The position numbers and the translations under genes are program-made. From NCBI GenBank assembly GCA_964215915.1, contig CAXPEB010000026.1, positions 10,342 to 74,341 of the forward strand: 64,000 nucleotides of DNA, given 5' to 3'. The stretch comes from Bacteroidia bacterium (GTDB lineage: Bacteria; Bacteroidota; Bacteroidia; UBA8524). Within the stretch, counting starts at the first letter, position 1, and each line of letters opens with the position of its first letter. The notes below the pieces were generated by a model, which made no database searches, was not told the origin of the DNA, and saw only the letters and a list, made by a program, of their open reading frames with translations. Below, in pieces: positions 29,789 to 39,914 of the stretch.

Positions 29789-30762
29789 TCGGTCAGGGCT
29801 TTACGCTGTAAAAGTATCATACTTATCAGACTTATGGTACCGAATACCACGAACATCAGCATCTGAGAAGCATGTGCCACCGTAGCATAGACTTTACCGT
29901 CAAGCGGGGCAATATCATACAGAGCAAGACCAAGCGGAACAAAATAGTGAAAGGTGCCGATTCCCCCGGGTGACGGAAGGACCACGGCCAGGGTGCTGAT
30001 CACCAGAACGGTGAGCCCGGCATCCATACCCAGGTGCGACGTCTCAGGGATACAAAAGAAGCAGAAGTAGACCATGAGGTAATACATGACCCAGATGATG
30101 ATGCTATGCACCAAAAAACCGAGCGGACGACGAATACGGGCCAGCCCGCGAATGCCCTCCACAAAGGAATCAAACAAGTCGTTGATACGCTTGAAGAGCG
30201 GAATATGGTTCAGTCTTTTCCGTATCAGAAGGAATACAATACCCAGAACTGCCAGAATGCCCAATGCGATAAACAGCCAGAGCTTGCTCCCCCCTCCTTC
30301 TCCGGCTTCTCCGCTGCTTTGGAAGAACCCGGTAATAATATCAAACTGTACCCCCAATGCCAGCAGGATTACAAGTCCCATAAACAGCAGGTCCATCACC
30401 CGCTCGGCCACCACCGAGCCAATAACGGTTGGAAGGGGCATCTTTTCCACCCTGCTGAGCATAGCCGCTCTTGTGAGTTCACCGCCGCGCGGGATGGCAA
30501 AATTGACCAGGTAACTCACCATAACTCCGTGGAAGCTATTGGACAGTTTGGTTTTATACCCCAGCGGCTCCACGATGATCTGCCATCTGGCGGCACGGCT
30601 GTAATTGCTGATCATGCCAGCCAGCCAGGCCAGGCCTATCCATAAAAAGTTAGCGGATTTGATTTTCTCCCAGAGATCCAGAGGATCCACTTCCCGAAAG
30701 GCAAGGTAGATAAACCCAGCCCCGACCAGGACAAATATGAGGTAGCGAAGGACCTTTTTCAT
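29785..30762 (-). CDS. Flippase-like/lysylphosphatidylglycerol-synthase transmembrane-domain (UPF0104) protein
   Basis: Eight transmembrane helices. Typical UPF0104 size. Translationally coupled to the rfaE-like gene. Confidence 0.6.
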   Translation of the reverse strand: MKKVLRYLIFVLVGAGFIYLAFREVDPLDLWEKIKSANFLWIGLAWLAGMISNYSRAARWQIIVEPLGYKTKLSNSFHGVMVSYLVNFAIPRGGELTRAAMLSRVEKMPLPTVIGSVVAERVMDLLFMGLVILLALGVQFDIITGFFQSSGEAGEGGGSKLWLFIALGILAVLGIVFLLIRKRLNHIPLFKRINDLFDSFVEGIRGLARIRRPLGFLVHSIIIWVMYYLMVYFCFFCIPETSHLGMDAGLTVLVISTLAVVLPSPGGIGTFHYFVPLGLALYDIAPLDGKVYATVAHASQMLMFVVFGTISLISMILLQRKALTE

Positions 30763-30768
30763 AGCCGT

Positions 30769-31128
30769 TTAATGCACACGATTCTGTTCATCCGGAAATG
30801 CCATCCAGGGCTTGAAAGTTTTGGCCTCTTCAAAGTCCATGTGCGCATACGAAATGACAATGATCACATCGCCCACTGCGGTGAGGCGTGCGGCTGGTCC
30901 GTTCAGACAAACCTCTCCGCTTCCTCTTCGTCCTTTGATCACATAAGTCTCAAACCGTTGTCCGTTATGGATATTGACGATCTGGACTTTCTCGTTCTCG
31001 ATGATATTGGCTGCCTCCATCAGGGCTTCGTCAATGGTGATGCTGCCCACGTAATGAAGCTCCGTTTGCGTAACCTTAACCCGGTGTATTTTGGATTTAA
31101 CTACTTCAATAACCATTTTGCCCCGCAA
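30769..31128 (-). CDS. panD: Aspartate 1-decarboxylase
   Basis: [32 protein letters not shown] with the self-cleaving GS motif. 115 aa from the internal start MVIEVV. Confidence 0.9.
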   Translation of the reverse strand: MRGKMVIEVVKSKIHRVKVTQTELHYVGSITIDEALMEAANIIENEKVQIVNIHNGQRFETYVIKGRRGSGEVCLNGPAARLTAVGDVIIVISYAHMDFEEAKTFKPWMAFPDEQNRVH

Positions 31129-31240
31129 AGGTACACATATTCACCTGAAGCAGTTATAACGTGCATCTTGTATGAAAACGACCCAAACACCGAAAGGCCA
31201 CCGCCACCGGTGACCTTCCGCAACTGCCTTATCAGGAGGC

Positions 31241-31891
31241 TCAGTATGTTTTACCTACAGCCTCTCCTTCGATACAATGCAGGCTGACACAGCCGGCAAT
31301 CGACGGATACGTGATAACGGCAGGCAGGTAGCAATCCTGTTCGATCACATAACCCACCTTCAGAGTGGTTCCCAGCGGGTACTGGCTGATCTCGTCGGCT
31401 CCTTCGCTAACGGCATACAGCTGTCCATTGATCTTCAGGTAGCGTCCGTGCTCCGGAAGCGCGTTCATCTGGTAGGCTACTCCAACTACCTCGGCAATAT
31501 TATCGCAATTGCCAGGTTTGGTGGTAGTATTTCCGATCTCAATACAGCCAAGAATGGCTTCTTTTACGGTAACGGAAACAAAGCCGGTATGAACCACTTC
31601 TCCTTGCGAGACCTCGCAGAGACCAAATTTTACAGGTGTTCCCGGGGGAAAGTTCTGAAACTGTCCGGTCTGATCTTTTTTGATGCTGTAGAAGATTCCG
31701 TCGTTGCCCATAATTCCGATTTCCACATCGGGAGGCGGAATGCAGCCCCAGGGGAAAGGTGACACAACTCCCACCATGGAGCAGGGTGCATTGCAGGGTG
31801 GTTTTTCACAGGGGTCTTTCTGACAGCTCTGTACGGCGAGAACAAAAATGCCTAGCATTGTTATTCCCAGTAGTGATTTGATCGTTTTCAT
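31241..31891 (-). CDS. Cys-rich lipoprotein (hypothetical)
   Basis: Lipobox AVQSC followed by CEKPPCNAPC. No known domain. Confidence 0.5.
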   Translation of the reverse strand: MKTIKSLLGITMLGIFVLAVQSCQKDPCEKPPCNAPCSMVGVVSPFPWGCIPPPDVEIGIMGNDGIFYSIKKDQTGQFQNFPPGTPVKFGLCEVSQGEVVHTGFVSVTVKEAILGCIEIGNTTTKPGNCDNIAEVVGVAYQMNALPEHGRYLKINGQLYAVSEGADEISQYPLGTTLKVGYVIEQDCYLPAVITYPSIAGCVSLHCIEGEAVGKTY

Positions 31892-31916
31892 AAATACTCG
31901 TTCGTTTTAAGGTGTA

Positions 31917-33221
31917 TTAAAAATCAGGCAGTTTCCAGATGAGACGCAAACCGTGGTAGCTGTTGCGGTAATCGAATCCCGGCATGGCATAGCGTTGAGG
32001 CACCCGGTATACGTATGCCACCGCGTATTCATAACCCCGGTGGTTCCAGGCAATACCTGCGCTGAATTCGGGCAGCACCCGGAACCGAGGTGTAATCCGG
32101 AAATCCTTATCTGCAGGAACCAGGTTTTGGGTATTGGATCCCGGCGAAACGGTTTGTGGTTCGGCGGTTAAAGGATCGATGTAGTTCCCTTCTTCGGAAA
32201 AGTTCCAGTTGATCTGCATGCCCGCAGCTACAAAGGGTCTGATCCGGTATCCCCAGGAATAGCTCAGCCGGAATGGGAGACTTAGCGTCTTCGCCCGATA
32301 ATTCAGGTCATAGTATCCGGCATCGTTGAGAAAGGAACTGTCTACAATTAATCCGCCTTGTCCATGAGGCAGGAAAGGATCCGGTTCAATGTTGTTGTAG
32401 TTATAATGGCCATTCCAACTTTGTTCGGAATAGCCCAGTCCGGTCTGTAGCTTCAGGTTCCCGTTGAAAAGTAGCTGCACCCCTGCTTCAACCCGCCAGG
32501 TATTGCTGCGCAGGGGGGTATTCAGAACAAGGCTGCGGTAAGCGGTATGACTTCCCGGGAGAGTCTGAAAATCGCGTACTTCCAGAAAACCTCCGGAGTA
32601 TTCTGCCATAAAATAAGGGGCATACCAAAGTGGAAACGGCCAACTCGGGTTTCGTCGGTCGAAATACACTCTCCCCGGTTCTGGCGTAACCTTACGTACC
32701 GAGATAATTCCAGCGGGGATGGGGTTAATCAGCAAAGCTGCCGGTACGATTCCGGGCTCTGAGGTCTTTGTCGGAGTATCGATAAGAGAGGAAGGACGAA
32801 CGGGTTTCAGCAAAACCGGCTCTGTTTCGGGAATAACCGGTGTTACCCCAGAGGTGCCAGCAGATTTTTCCATTCCCGGAGCTGCCCCGTTTTTCTTTTC
32901 TCCGTATGACTGGTTAGGCTCGGATATGGATGGCTGGTTTGCTATCCCGGGAGCCTTTTGACCGGGGGATGCCTGTCCTGCATCCGACATGCGCGGAGAG
33001 TTGTTGTTTGTATCCTGACTCAGGTGGAAGAGGCCTATGGAGGCCGATAAGGCCAAAGCCAGGATGGAGGCTACTCCGAAGGAACGGAACAGCCAGGCAC
33101 CCCGTTTCCGGCGCTTCCTGTTCTTCAGGCCCTTCCAGCCTCCCACGGGAACGGGAGAGGTATGCTCTTCCAGGCTTTTGCTTAGCCAGGTATCGAATTG
33201 TTCCCTGTTTAACTCTTCCAT
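31917..33221 (-). CDS. Anti-sigma-factor-like membrane protein with C-terminal beta-barrel-type domain
   Basis: Short cytoplasmic N-terminus, single transmembrane helix (aa about 44-66), Pro/Ser-rich linker, C-terminal aromatic-rich beta domain ending ...IWKLPDF. Overlaps and follows the ECF sigma gene. Confidence 0.55.
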   Translation of the reverse strand: MEELNREQFDTWLSKSLEEHTSPVPVGGWKGLKNRKRRKRGAWLFRSFGVASILALALSASIGLFHLSQDTNNNSPRMSDAGQASPGQKAPGIANQPSISEPNQSYGEKKNGAAPGMEKSAGTSGVTPVIPETEPVLLKPVRPSSLIDTPTKTSEPGIVPAALLINPIPAGIISVRKVTPEPGRVYFDRRNPSWPFPLWYAPYFMAEYSGGFLEVRDFQTLPGSHTAYRSLVLNTPLRSNTWRVEAGVQLLFNGNLKLQTGLGYSEQSWNGHYNYNNIEPDPFLPHGQGGLIVDSSFLNDAGYYDLNYRAKTLSLPFRLSYSWGYRIRPFVAAGMQINWNFSEEGNYIDPLTAEPQTVSPGSNTQNLVPADKDFRITPRFRVLPEFSAGIAWNHRGYEYAVAYVYRVPQRYAMPGFDYRNSYHGLRLIWKLPDF

Positions 33222-33766
33222 AACTTTTTTAATAACCGCCGGGCTTTGAACAGTTGCGTTCGCGAGCTCACCGGACTGATAGCTAATGTTTTGGCGATTT
33301 CCTCATGGCTCATCTTCTCGAACACATACAGGTTGAGCACGGTGCGGTACCCGTCGGGCAACGAGGCAATTAGGGGAAGTAGGGTCTCCGGATCGGCCAG
33401 GGGCTCATTCCATTCTTCATCGGCCAGGTCGGCCAACTCTTCCACATCCACCTTTTCCCAACGCACCCGTTTTCTCAGTTTGGAGATTGCCAGGTTCAGT
33501 ACAACCCTTTTGATCCAGGGACCAAGTGGGCCCTCACCACGATAATCTCCAATCTTTTCAAAGGCCCGGATGAACCCGTCGTGAAGCAGGTCAAGTGCAT
33601 CTTCCCGTGAAGAGGCATACCGTCTGCAAAGGGTCAGGATCAGCGGGCCATGTGTTCTGTAAACCGTATCCATTGCCATCTCATCACCCGCAGCACAGGC
33701 TTCAGCCAGTTCAAGGTCAGGGTGCATGTTTTCGGTGTCTTTGATATGGATATTCAGCTTACCCAT
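33209..33766 (-). CDS. ECF-family RNA polymerase sigma factor
   Basis: Region 2 (LLHDGFIRAFEKIGDY) and region 4 (HEEIAKTLAISPVSSRTQLFKARRLLKK) sigma-70 ECF motifs. Confidence 0.85.
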   Translation of the reverse strand: MGKLNIHIKDTENMHPDLELAEACAAGDEMAMDTVYRTHGPLILTLCRRYASSREDALDLLHDGFIRAFEKIGDYRGEGPLGPWIKRVVLNLAISKLRKRVRWEKVDVEELADLADEEWNEPLADPETLLPLIASLPDGYRTVLNLYVFEKMSHEEIAKTLAISPVSSRTQLFKARRLLKKLWKS

Positions 33767-33854
33767 GAGGATGGATCACTTACAAGACGTTTTTCCCCCC
33801 TGATGTTGCCTATGGACTGAAAAAATATTTTCAGTCCGATCCGGTTTGACCTGG

Positions 33855-34106
33855 ATTCCCCGGACTTCAGTCCGGGGCAAGGTTTATCCATCCATACTTC
33901 CTTTCCTGCACTTATTCCCGGGCTTAAAGCATCCTGACCTTAGTTTCCAGCTAGGTGTGACTTATGATTCCCCGGACTTCAGTCCGGGGCAAGGTTTATC
34001 CATCCATACTTCCTTTCCTGCACTTATTCCCTGGACTTAAAGCATCCGGATCTTAATTTCCAGTTAGGTGTGACTATAATATCCCTTGACTGAAGTCGGG
34101 GCAAGC
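33855..34106. repeat. Tandem direct repeat, about 112-bp unit, 2.3 copies, each with an 8-bp-stem hairpin (CCCCGGAC-ttca-GTCCGGGG)
   Basis: Copy 1 starts about 33855 and copy 2 about 33966, nearly identical by eye. A degenerate partial third copy lies at 34080-34106. Sits in the divergent intergenic region between the ECF sigma and gapA genes. Confidence 0.8.
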
Positions 34107-34177
34107 TCTTCCTATGCAGCTCCTGCCCAGCTCCCCGGTTCAACTTTTTTTTCCCCTCCCTGCATCGTACTTTTGCG

Positions 34178-34185
34178 GCACTTTT
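34178..34185 (+). promoter_or_regulatory. Candidate Bacteroidota sigma-A -7 element (TAnnTTTG) for gapA
   Basis: TACTTTTG lies 27 nt upstream of the gapA ATG. Confidence 0.3.
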
Positions 34186-34188
34186 TAA

Positions 34189-35208
<1,020 letters not shown>

Positions 35209-35243
35209 AATAGAACACAACCTATCCAAAGTTTATATATCAA

Positions 35244-35276
35244 CCCCGCACGAGAATCCGTGCGGGGTTTTTGTTT
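35244..35276 (+). terminator. Rho-independent terminator of gapA
   Basis: Perfect 9-bp stem CCCCGCACG-agaatc-CGTGCGGGG followed by TTTTTGTTT. Confidence 0.75.
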
Positions 35277-35328
35277 GGCCCATACTCCCAGTACCGGGTA
35301 ACCGATTTACCCCTATTTTCGTTAATTC

Positions 35329-36495
35329 ATGAAAATCCGCCTTTCTCGTCCCATTTGGGTGCTTTCCTTCATCAGCCTGTTTACGGATGTGGCTTCGGAA
35401 ATGCTGTACCCGGTGATGCCCATCTACCTGGAGAGCATCGGGTTTTCCATCGTGCTGATCGGGGTGCTGGAAGGCCTGGCGGAAGCTATCTCCGGATTGA
35501 GCAAAGGATTTTTCGGACGCTGGTCCGACCAGCGCGGTGAGCGCATTCCCTTTATCCGCTGGGGTTACGGGTTATCCGGTATCTCCCGCCCCATGCTGGC
35601 CCTGTTCAGTTACCCACTCTGGGTATTTTTTGCCCGTACCCTCGACCGGTTTGGGAAAGGACTCCGCACCGGTGCCCGTGACGCCATGCTTTCAGACCTT
35701 AGCGAAGGACATCACCGGGCTGCAGTATTCGGGTTTCACCGGGGGATGGATACCCTGGGTGCGGTGATCGGACCAGGAATGGCCCTGCTATTTCTACATT
35801 ACCTCCCCGGGCATTACAAAGAGCTGTTCTACTGGTCTATCATACCCGGAATAATTGCCGTAGCCCTCACCTACCTGCTGAAAGAAAAGAGACGCGCCCA
35901 GACGGTGAGAAGATCCGTACCCGTGTTTGCCGCATTTAAGTACTGGAAAGAAAGCGGCACACAGTACCGGAAACTTACTGGAGCCCTTCTGACCTTTGCA
36001 CTTGTCAACAGCTCGGACGTCTTCCTGTTGCTTCGGCTGAAAGAATGCGGCTGGGGCGACACATCGGTTATCGCGCTGTTTATGTTCTACAATGTGTTCT
36101 ATGCCATCGCCGCCTACCCTATGGGCCTGCTCGCCGACCGCTTCAGCCTTAAACGCATCTACCTCGTGGGACTGACCCTCTTTGTCGTGGTCTATACCGG
36201 AATGAGCCTGGGAAGTTCCGATCTCCTGTTTGTGTTTCTTTTTGCCGTATACGGACTTTACAGCGCAGCCACACAGGGTATTGCCAAGGCCTGGATCAGC
36301 GGCATTGCCCGTGAGGAAGACACCGCAACGGCTATCGGCACCTTTGCCGGTTTTGAAAGCATCGCAACCTTCCTGGCCAGCAGCGTGGCCGGACTGATAT
36401 GGTTCAGTCTGGGATCCTCTTTCACGTTGGGACTGAGTGCTGCGGTAAGCGTTTTAGTAGGAATCTATTTATGGAAATTCGTAACCCGCGTTTAA
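35329..36495 (+). CDS. MFS transporter
   Basis: Twelve predicted transmembrane helices. MFS-like loop motif GRWSDQRGER. Confidence 0.8.
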   Translation: MKIRLSRPIWVLSFISLFTDVASEMLYPVMPIYLESIGFSIVLIGVLEGLAEAISGLSKGFFGRWSDQRGERIPFIRWGYGLSGISRPMLALFSYPLWVFFARTLDRFGKGLRTGARDAMLSDLSEGHHRAAVFGFHRGMDTLGAVIGPGMALLFLHYLPGHYKELFYWSIIPGIIAVALTYLLKEKRRAQTVRRSVPVFAAFKYWKESGTQYRKLTGALLTFALVNSSDVFLLLRLKECGWGDTSVIALFMFYNVFYAIAAYPMGLLADRFSLKRIYLVGLTLFVVVYTGMSLGSSDLLFVFLFAVYGLYSAATQGIAKAWISGIAREEDTATAIGTFAGFESIATFLASSVAGLIWFSLGSSFTLGLSAAVSVLVGIYLWKFVTRV

Positions 36496-36504
36496 CCACG
36501 CACA

Positions 36505-37347
36505 TCAGCTACTTTTCCCAGCCAATCCCAGCTTATGAAGCAGGCGGGTCTTCAGGAAACCGTAGCGCTGCATATTCTTGGTTTTGTGCCGGAAGGATTC
36601 CAGTTCTGCTTCATTAACTCCTTCTTTTCTGCTGACTTCAAATCGGGCTTTGGCCTGTTCATACAGCTCCAGATCCCATTTTTGCAGGTCCCTTATCTTG
36701 TCAATAAGCTCCGGTGGCAGGTCCGATTGTTTTGGCCTGTTCTGCGTAACGTTGATCCTAAGGTAAACCGGATCTTGTTTCCAGTTCAGCTGTTTTGCAA
36801 GGATGAGCAGGGAGGCATCGAATTCTTCCGTTAGCAGCACCAGGTCAAAATCATCCATACGTGCCGATGCCGCACGAAACATTGCGCCGTTTCCTTCTTC
36901 ATCCCTATCCCAGGCATGCGCCTCCCGGGTGATCCAGCTGCTGTTCGCACTTAGTACCCGGGTTTGCAGGTTATCCTGGAAGTTCTGCCGGGCATAGTCC
37001 AGATAACCTTCTATGTCTTCAAGCTGCAGAATATCCTCATGGGAAACATGGACTTCATTTCTATGGATGAAATAATATTGCGAAAGGAATTGCTCCACCG
37101 GATCCCGAAGGAAGGTAAAACGGTATGCCTCCGGGTAATACGACTCATAGAGGTAAGTAGCATGGCCATGGATTAACTTCAGCCTGTTCCGTTCCGGCTC
37201 AGACAGGTTCCTAAATTCCTCGGCCGACTTCAACGGATTGAGGTTCCGGTTGGTGGCAAACCGTCTTGAATAACGGCCAGCCAGGATACGGTTCAGACTG
37301 CTTCCGGCTGTTTTCGGGATATGTTCGAATAATATGGTCCGGTACAA
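36505..37347 (-). CDS. Sulfotransferase-family protein
   Basis: FEHIPKTAGSSLNRIL resembles the 5'-PSB (PAPS-binding) loop of the Sulfotransfer_2/3 families. Confidence 0.5.
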   Translation of the reverse strand: MYRTILFEHIPKTAGSSLNRILAGRYSRRFATNRNLNPLKSAEEFRNLSEPERNRLKLIHGHATYLYESYYPEAYRFTFLRDPVEQFLSQYYFIHRNEVHVSHEDILQLEDIEGYLDYARQNFQDNLQTRVLSANSSWITREAHAWDRDEEGNGAMFRAASARMDDFDLVLLTEEFDASLLILAKQLNWKQDPVYLRINVTQNRPKQSDLPPELIDKIRDLQKWDLELYEQAKARFEVSRKEGVNEAELESFRHKTKNMQRYGFLKTRLLHKLGLAGKSS

Positions 37348-37476
37348 ATCCGTACCAAGTTAAGCATAACTAAGAGATATTAGTTCCATACCCTCCCTGC
37401 TTTCATAACATAAAACAATCTCCCACCGTTTCCAGTGGGAGATTGCAGAATCTTAATCACAAAGAAATACCAACGG

Positions 37477-39675
37477 TTAGCGAACTACCACCCTCACCGC
37501 CTGAGTTCCAAGGTTAGACCGGAGGAAGTAGAGACCATTACCCAGTTGTATGGCCGCCAGATCCAAAACAAGTTCTTCCTGCTTATCGGCTTCCTCTACC
37601 TTCCATTCATAAACCACTTTGCCGGAGACATCCGTCAGGCACAGGTGCACCGGCGTTTCCACGTTGCCCTGAATCCGGATGAATAACTGGCCGTTTACCG
37701 GATTCGGGTATACGGTAATGGTAGGGGCAGACACGGGATCCTCTTCCACGGAAGTAGCCGAACGCTGATCCTCGGTATCCCGGGTGGAAATATTCTGTCT
37801 TCCGATGGTCAGGGAAGATGACCCACCGGTATGCACAAACTCCACAACAACCGGCAGGTGATCGGAAGCATCGTGAATGGCAGAGGCAATCGTAGACGAA
37901 TACTGGGTGTACGGAGGTGTATTCAAGGCCTGGTTATAGTGTTGCCCGTCATTGCCATAGGCTTTATATGAACCGGAAACGATCTCAAAACCGCCGGTCT
38001 GGATGATGGTATTGGAAAACAGGAACATATCGAAACGATCATCCAGTCCGCCGGTAGCACCGCCGCCGAAAGAAGTAGTGCGGGGCGATTGGGTATGATG
38101 AACAGCATAGGAGGCATTGTTCCAGGTTCCGCTCAGACTCAGGAGATCGTAGAATTTACCGTTGACGTTATTGCCGTTGGCCAACAAATTCTGGTAGGCT
38201 GATTCCCCTGCACCGTAAATATTGAAATCTCCGCAAACCAGGAAGAACTTACCGGAATCCAGAGCATCGGTAACTTTCCGTAAGCTATCCACTTCAGCTG
38301 CGCGCAAGGCTTCGTTGGTACTGCCTGAGCTGGCTTTGAGATGGACCGAATAGATGATCAGCGTATCTCCGGATGCCAGGTGTATCAGCCTGAATTCATT
38401 GATATCCCTCAGGGCCGTTTCAATAGGGGTATTACTCACAAACTGGAAACGGGAAGTTTTATAGTACAACGCGTTATCGGTATCGTACCCGTCAATAAAG
38501 GTGGCTGCACTGTAACTGCTTGTGCTGTAATTGAGCACATTGTTCAGGAAGTTGGAAGCACCGGTTGACTGCAGCACTTCCTGGGCCACCACAATGTCCG
38601 GATCAATGTCGTTCATGATGATGCGGTAGCTGGGCTCGCGGGAAGAGCCTGTAGAACCGGGGTAATTCAGGAGGTTATAGGAAACGATGACAATCCCCGA
38701 ACTATCCTCCTCGCTACTGTCGGCGGTAATAAAGGATTCTGTCGACCACCCGGAAAAACTGCTGCTACAATCTGTTCTAACGTGTGCATAGTATTGTGTG
38801 GCCGGGGTCAACCCACTTGCCTGGAACGAGGTAGAGATTGTGGCCGCTCCTGATGAAGGAGGCGTGGAAGAAGAGGTAAGCGCATACTCATAGCCGGATG
38901 CCCCCGACACCGTATTCCAGCTGATATCCGCCGCAGTGGTGGTAATGTTAGCGGCTGCCAATCCGGTAGGTGCCGAACAGGAAGAAGAGGTCGTCCCGGT
39001 GATGAGGATATCGTCCACCGAGATTTTATCACGGGAACCGCTGGTACTTACAGACTCCCAGTAGATCCAGCGAACCTGAACCACCGACTGATTCTCTGCT
39101 CCTGCAGGAAGGGTTTCGGTCAGGGTTCCGGAAGCATGCCCATTGGCGTTACCGGCGCTGGAATAGGTAGTTGTAGTGCCCACATCGATAAAATTGCCAG
39201 AAGTTCCCACCCGGTACTGCAGGGCAATGCTGTTGTCCCTGGAGCTCTGGTTTTTGATGGTACGGCATATCCAGGACACCTCAATATCCGTCATGCCCGT
39301 AGTATTGATGGCTACCACTACCGCTCCTGCAGGATTGCTTCCCGAAGCCAGGAGCCCGAGCCCGTCCGTACCGAGGTGGTACCATCCTCCGGTAGCCAGC
39401 AGCGGGGAGCTGCCTTTATTGGGCAGATCTCCTCCATTGGCCGGAGAAAGGGTTCGGGTGGTTTGTATGCTCGACCACCGGTGCACTGCCACACCGGCCG
39501 GAAGTGTGGCGGAATTCTGACTGGTCATAGAAAACGGAAGCGATACGGCTGTTGGGTTGGTTTGCCCCAATACGACCATGCTCCAGCAGATCATAACAAG
39601 GGCCAAAAGGGAAAAGAATACGTGTTTTTTCATTATGGTAGAGTTTGATTCATTCCCAGGCAAAAAGGAGAACAC
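37477..39675 (-). CDS. T9SS-sorted extracellular endonuclease/exonuclease/phosphatase (EEP) family protein with FN3 domain
   Basis: Signal peptide (internal start MKKHVFFSLLALVMI). EEP motifs IVSYNLLNYPG, LVCGDFN, SDHLPVVVEF. FN3-like segment. C-terminal CTD ITVYPNPVNGQLFI...LYFLRS. Confidence 0.7.
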   Translation of the reverse strand: MFSFLPGNESNSTIMKKHVFFSLLALVMICWSMVVLGQTNPTAVSLPFSMTSQNSATLPAGVAVHRWSSIQTTRTLSPANGGDLPNKGSSPLLATGGWYHLGTDGLGLLASGSNPAGAVVVAINTTGMTDIEVSWICRTIKNQSSRDNSIALQYRVGTSGNFIDVGTTTTYSSAGNANGHASGTLTETLPAGAENQSVVQVRWIYWESVSTSGSRDKISVDDILITGTTSSSCSAPTGLAAANITTTAADISWNTVSGASGYEYALTSSSTPPSSGAATISTSFQASGLTPATQYYAHVRTDCSSSFSGWSTESFITADSSEEDSSGIVIVSYNLLNYPGSTGSSREPSYRIIMNDIDPDIVVAQEVLQSTGASNFLNNVLNYSTSSYSAATFIDGYDTDNALYYKTSRFQFVSNTPIETALRDINEFRLIHLASGDTLIIYSVHLKASSGSTNEALRAAEVDSLRKVTDALDSGKFFLVCGDFNIYGAGESAYQNLLANGNNVNGKFYDLLSLSGTWNNASYAVHHTQSPRTTSFGGGATGGLDDRFDMFLFSNTIIQTGGFEIVSGSYKAYGNDGQHYNQALNTPPYTQYSSTIASAIHDASDHLPVVVEFVHTGGSSSLTIGRQNISTRDTEDQRSATSVEEDPVSAPTITVYPNPVNGQLFIRIQGNVETPVHLCLTDVSGKVVYEWKVEEADKQEELVLDLAAIQLGNGLYFLRSNLGTQAVRVVVR

Positions 39676-39860
39676 GGATTAATCGGTTATAAAAAACCGG
39701 AGTTAAAAAAAGAGCACTTTTTTATTCCGTAACAAGAAAATGCCCGAAACCTATTCGCCCGAAACCCTTGTTTCAAAGCAGGATTTCCCTTCATTCCCAA
39801 CTCTATTATTCCGGACGTTCTAACATTAAATTCCGCTTAACTTCTGACAATCTAGGACAT

Positions 39861-39887
39861 AAAAAAACTGCCCCCTGAAGGGAGCAG
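39861..39887 (-). terminator. Rho-independent terminator downstream of the LTD gene (minus strand)
   Basis: On the minus strand: CTGCTCCC-ttca-GGGGGCAG followed by TTTTTTT. Confidence 0.5.
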
Positions 39888-39914
39888 TTCTTAAAAATGC
39901 GATATACCCAGTAC

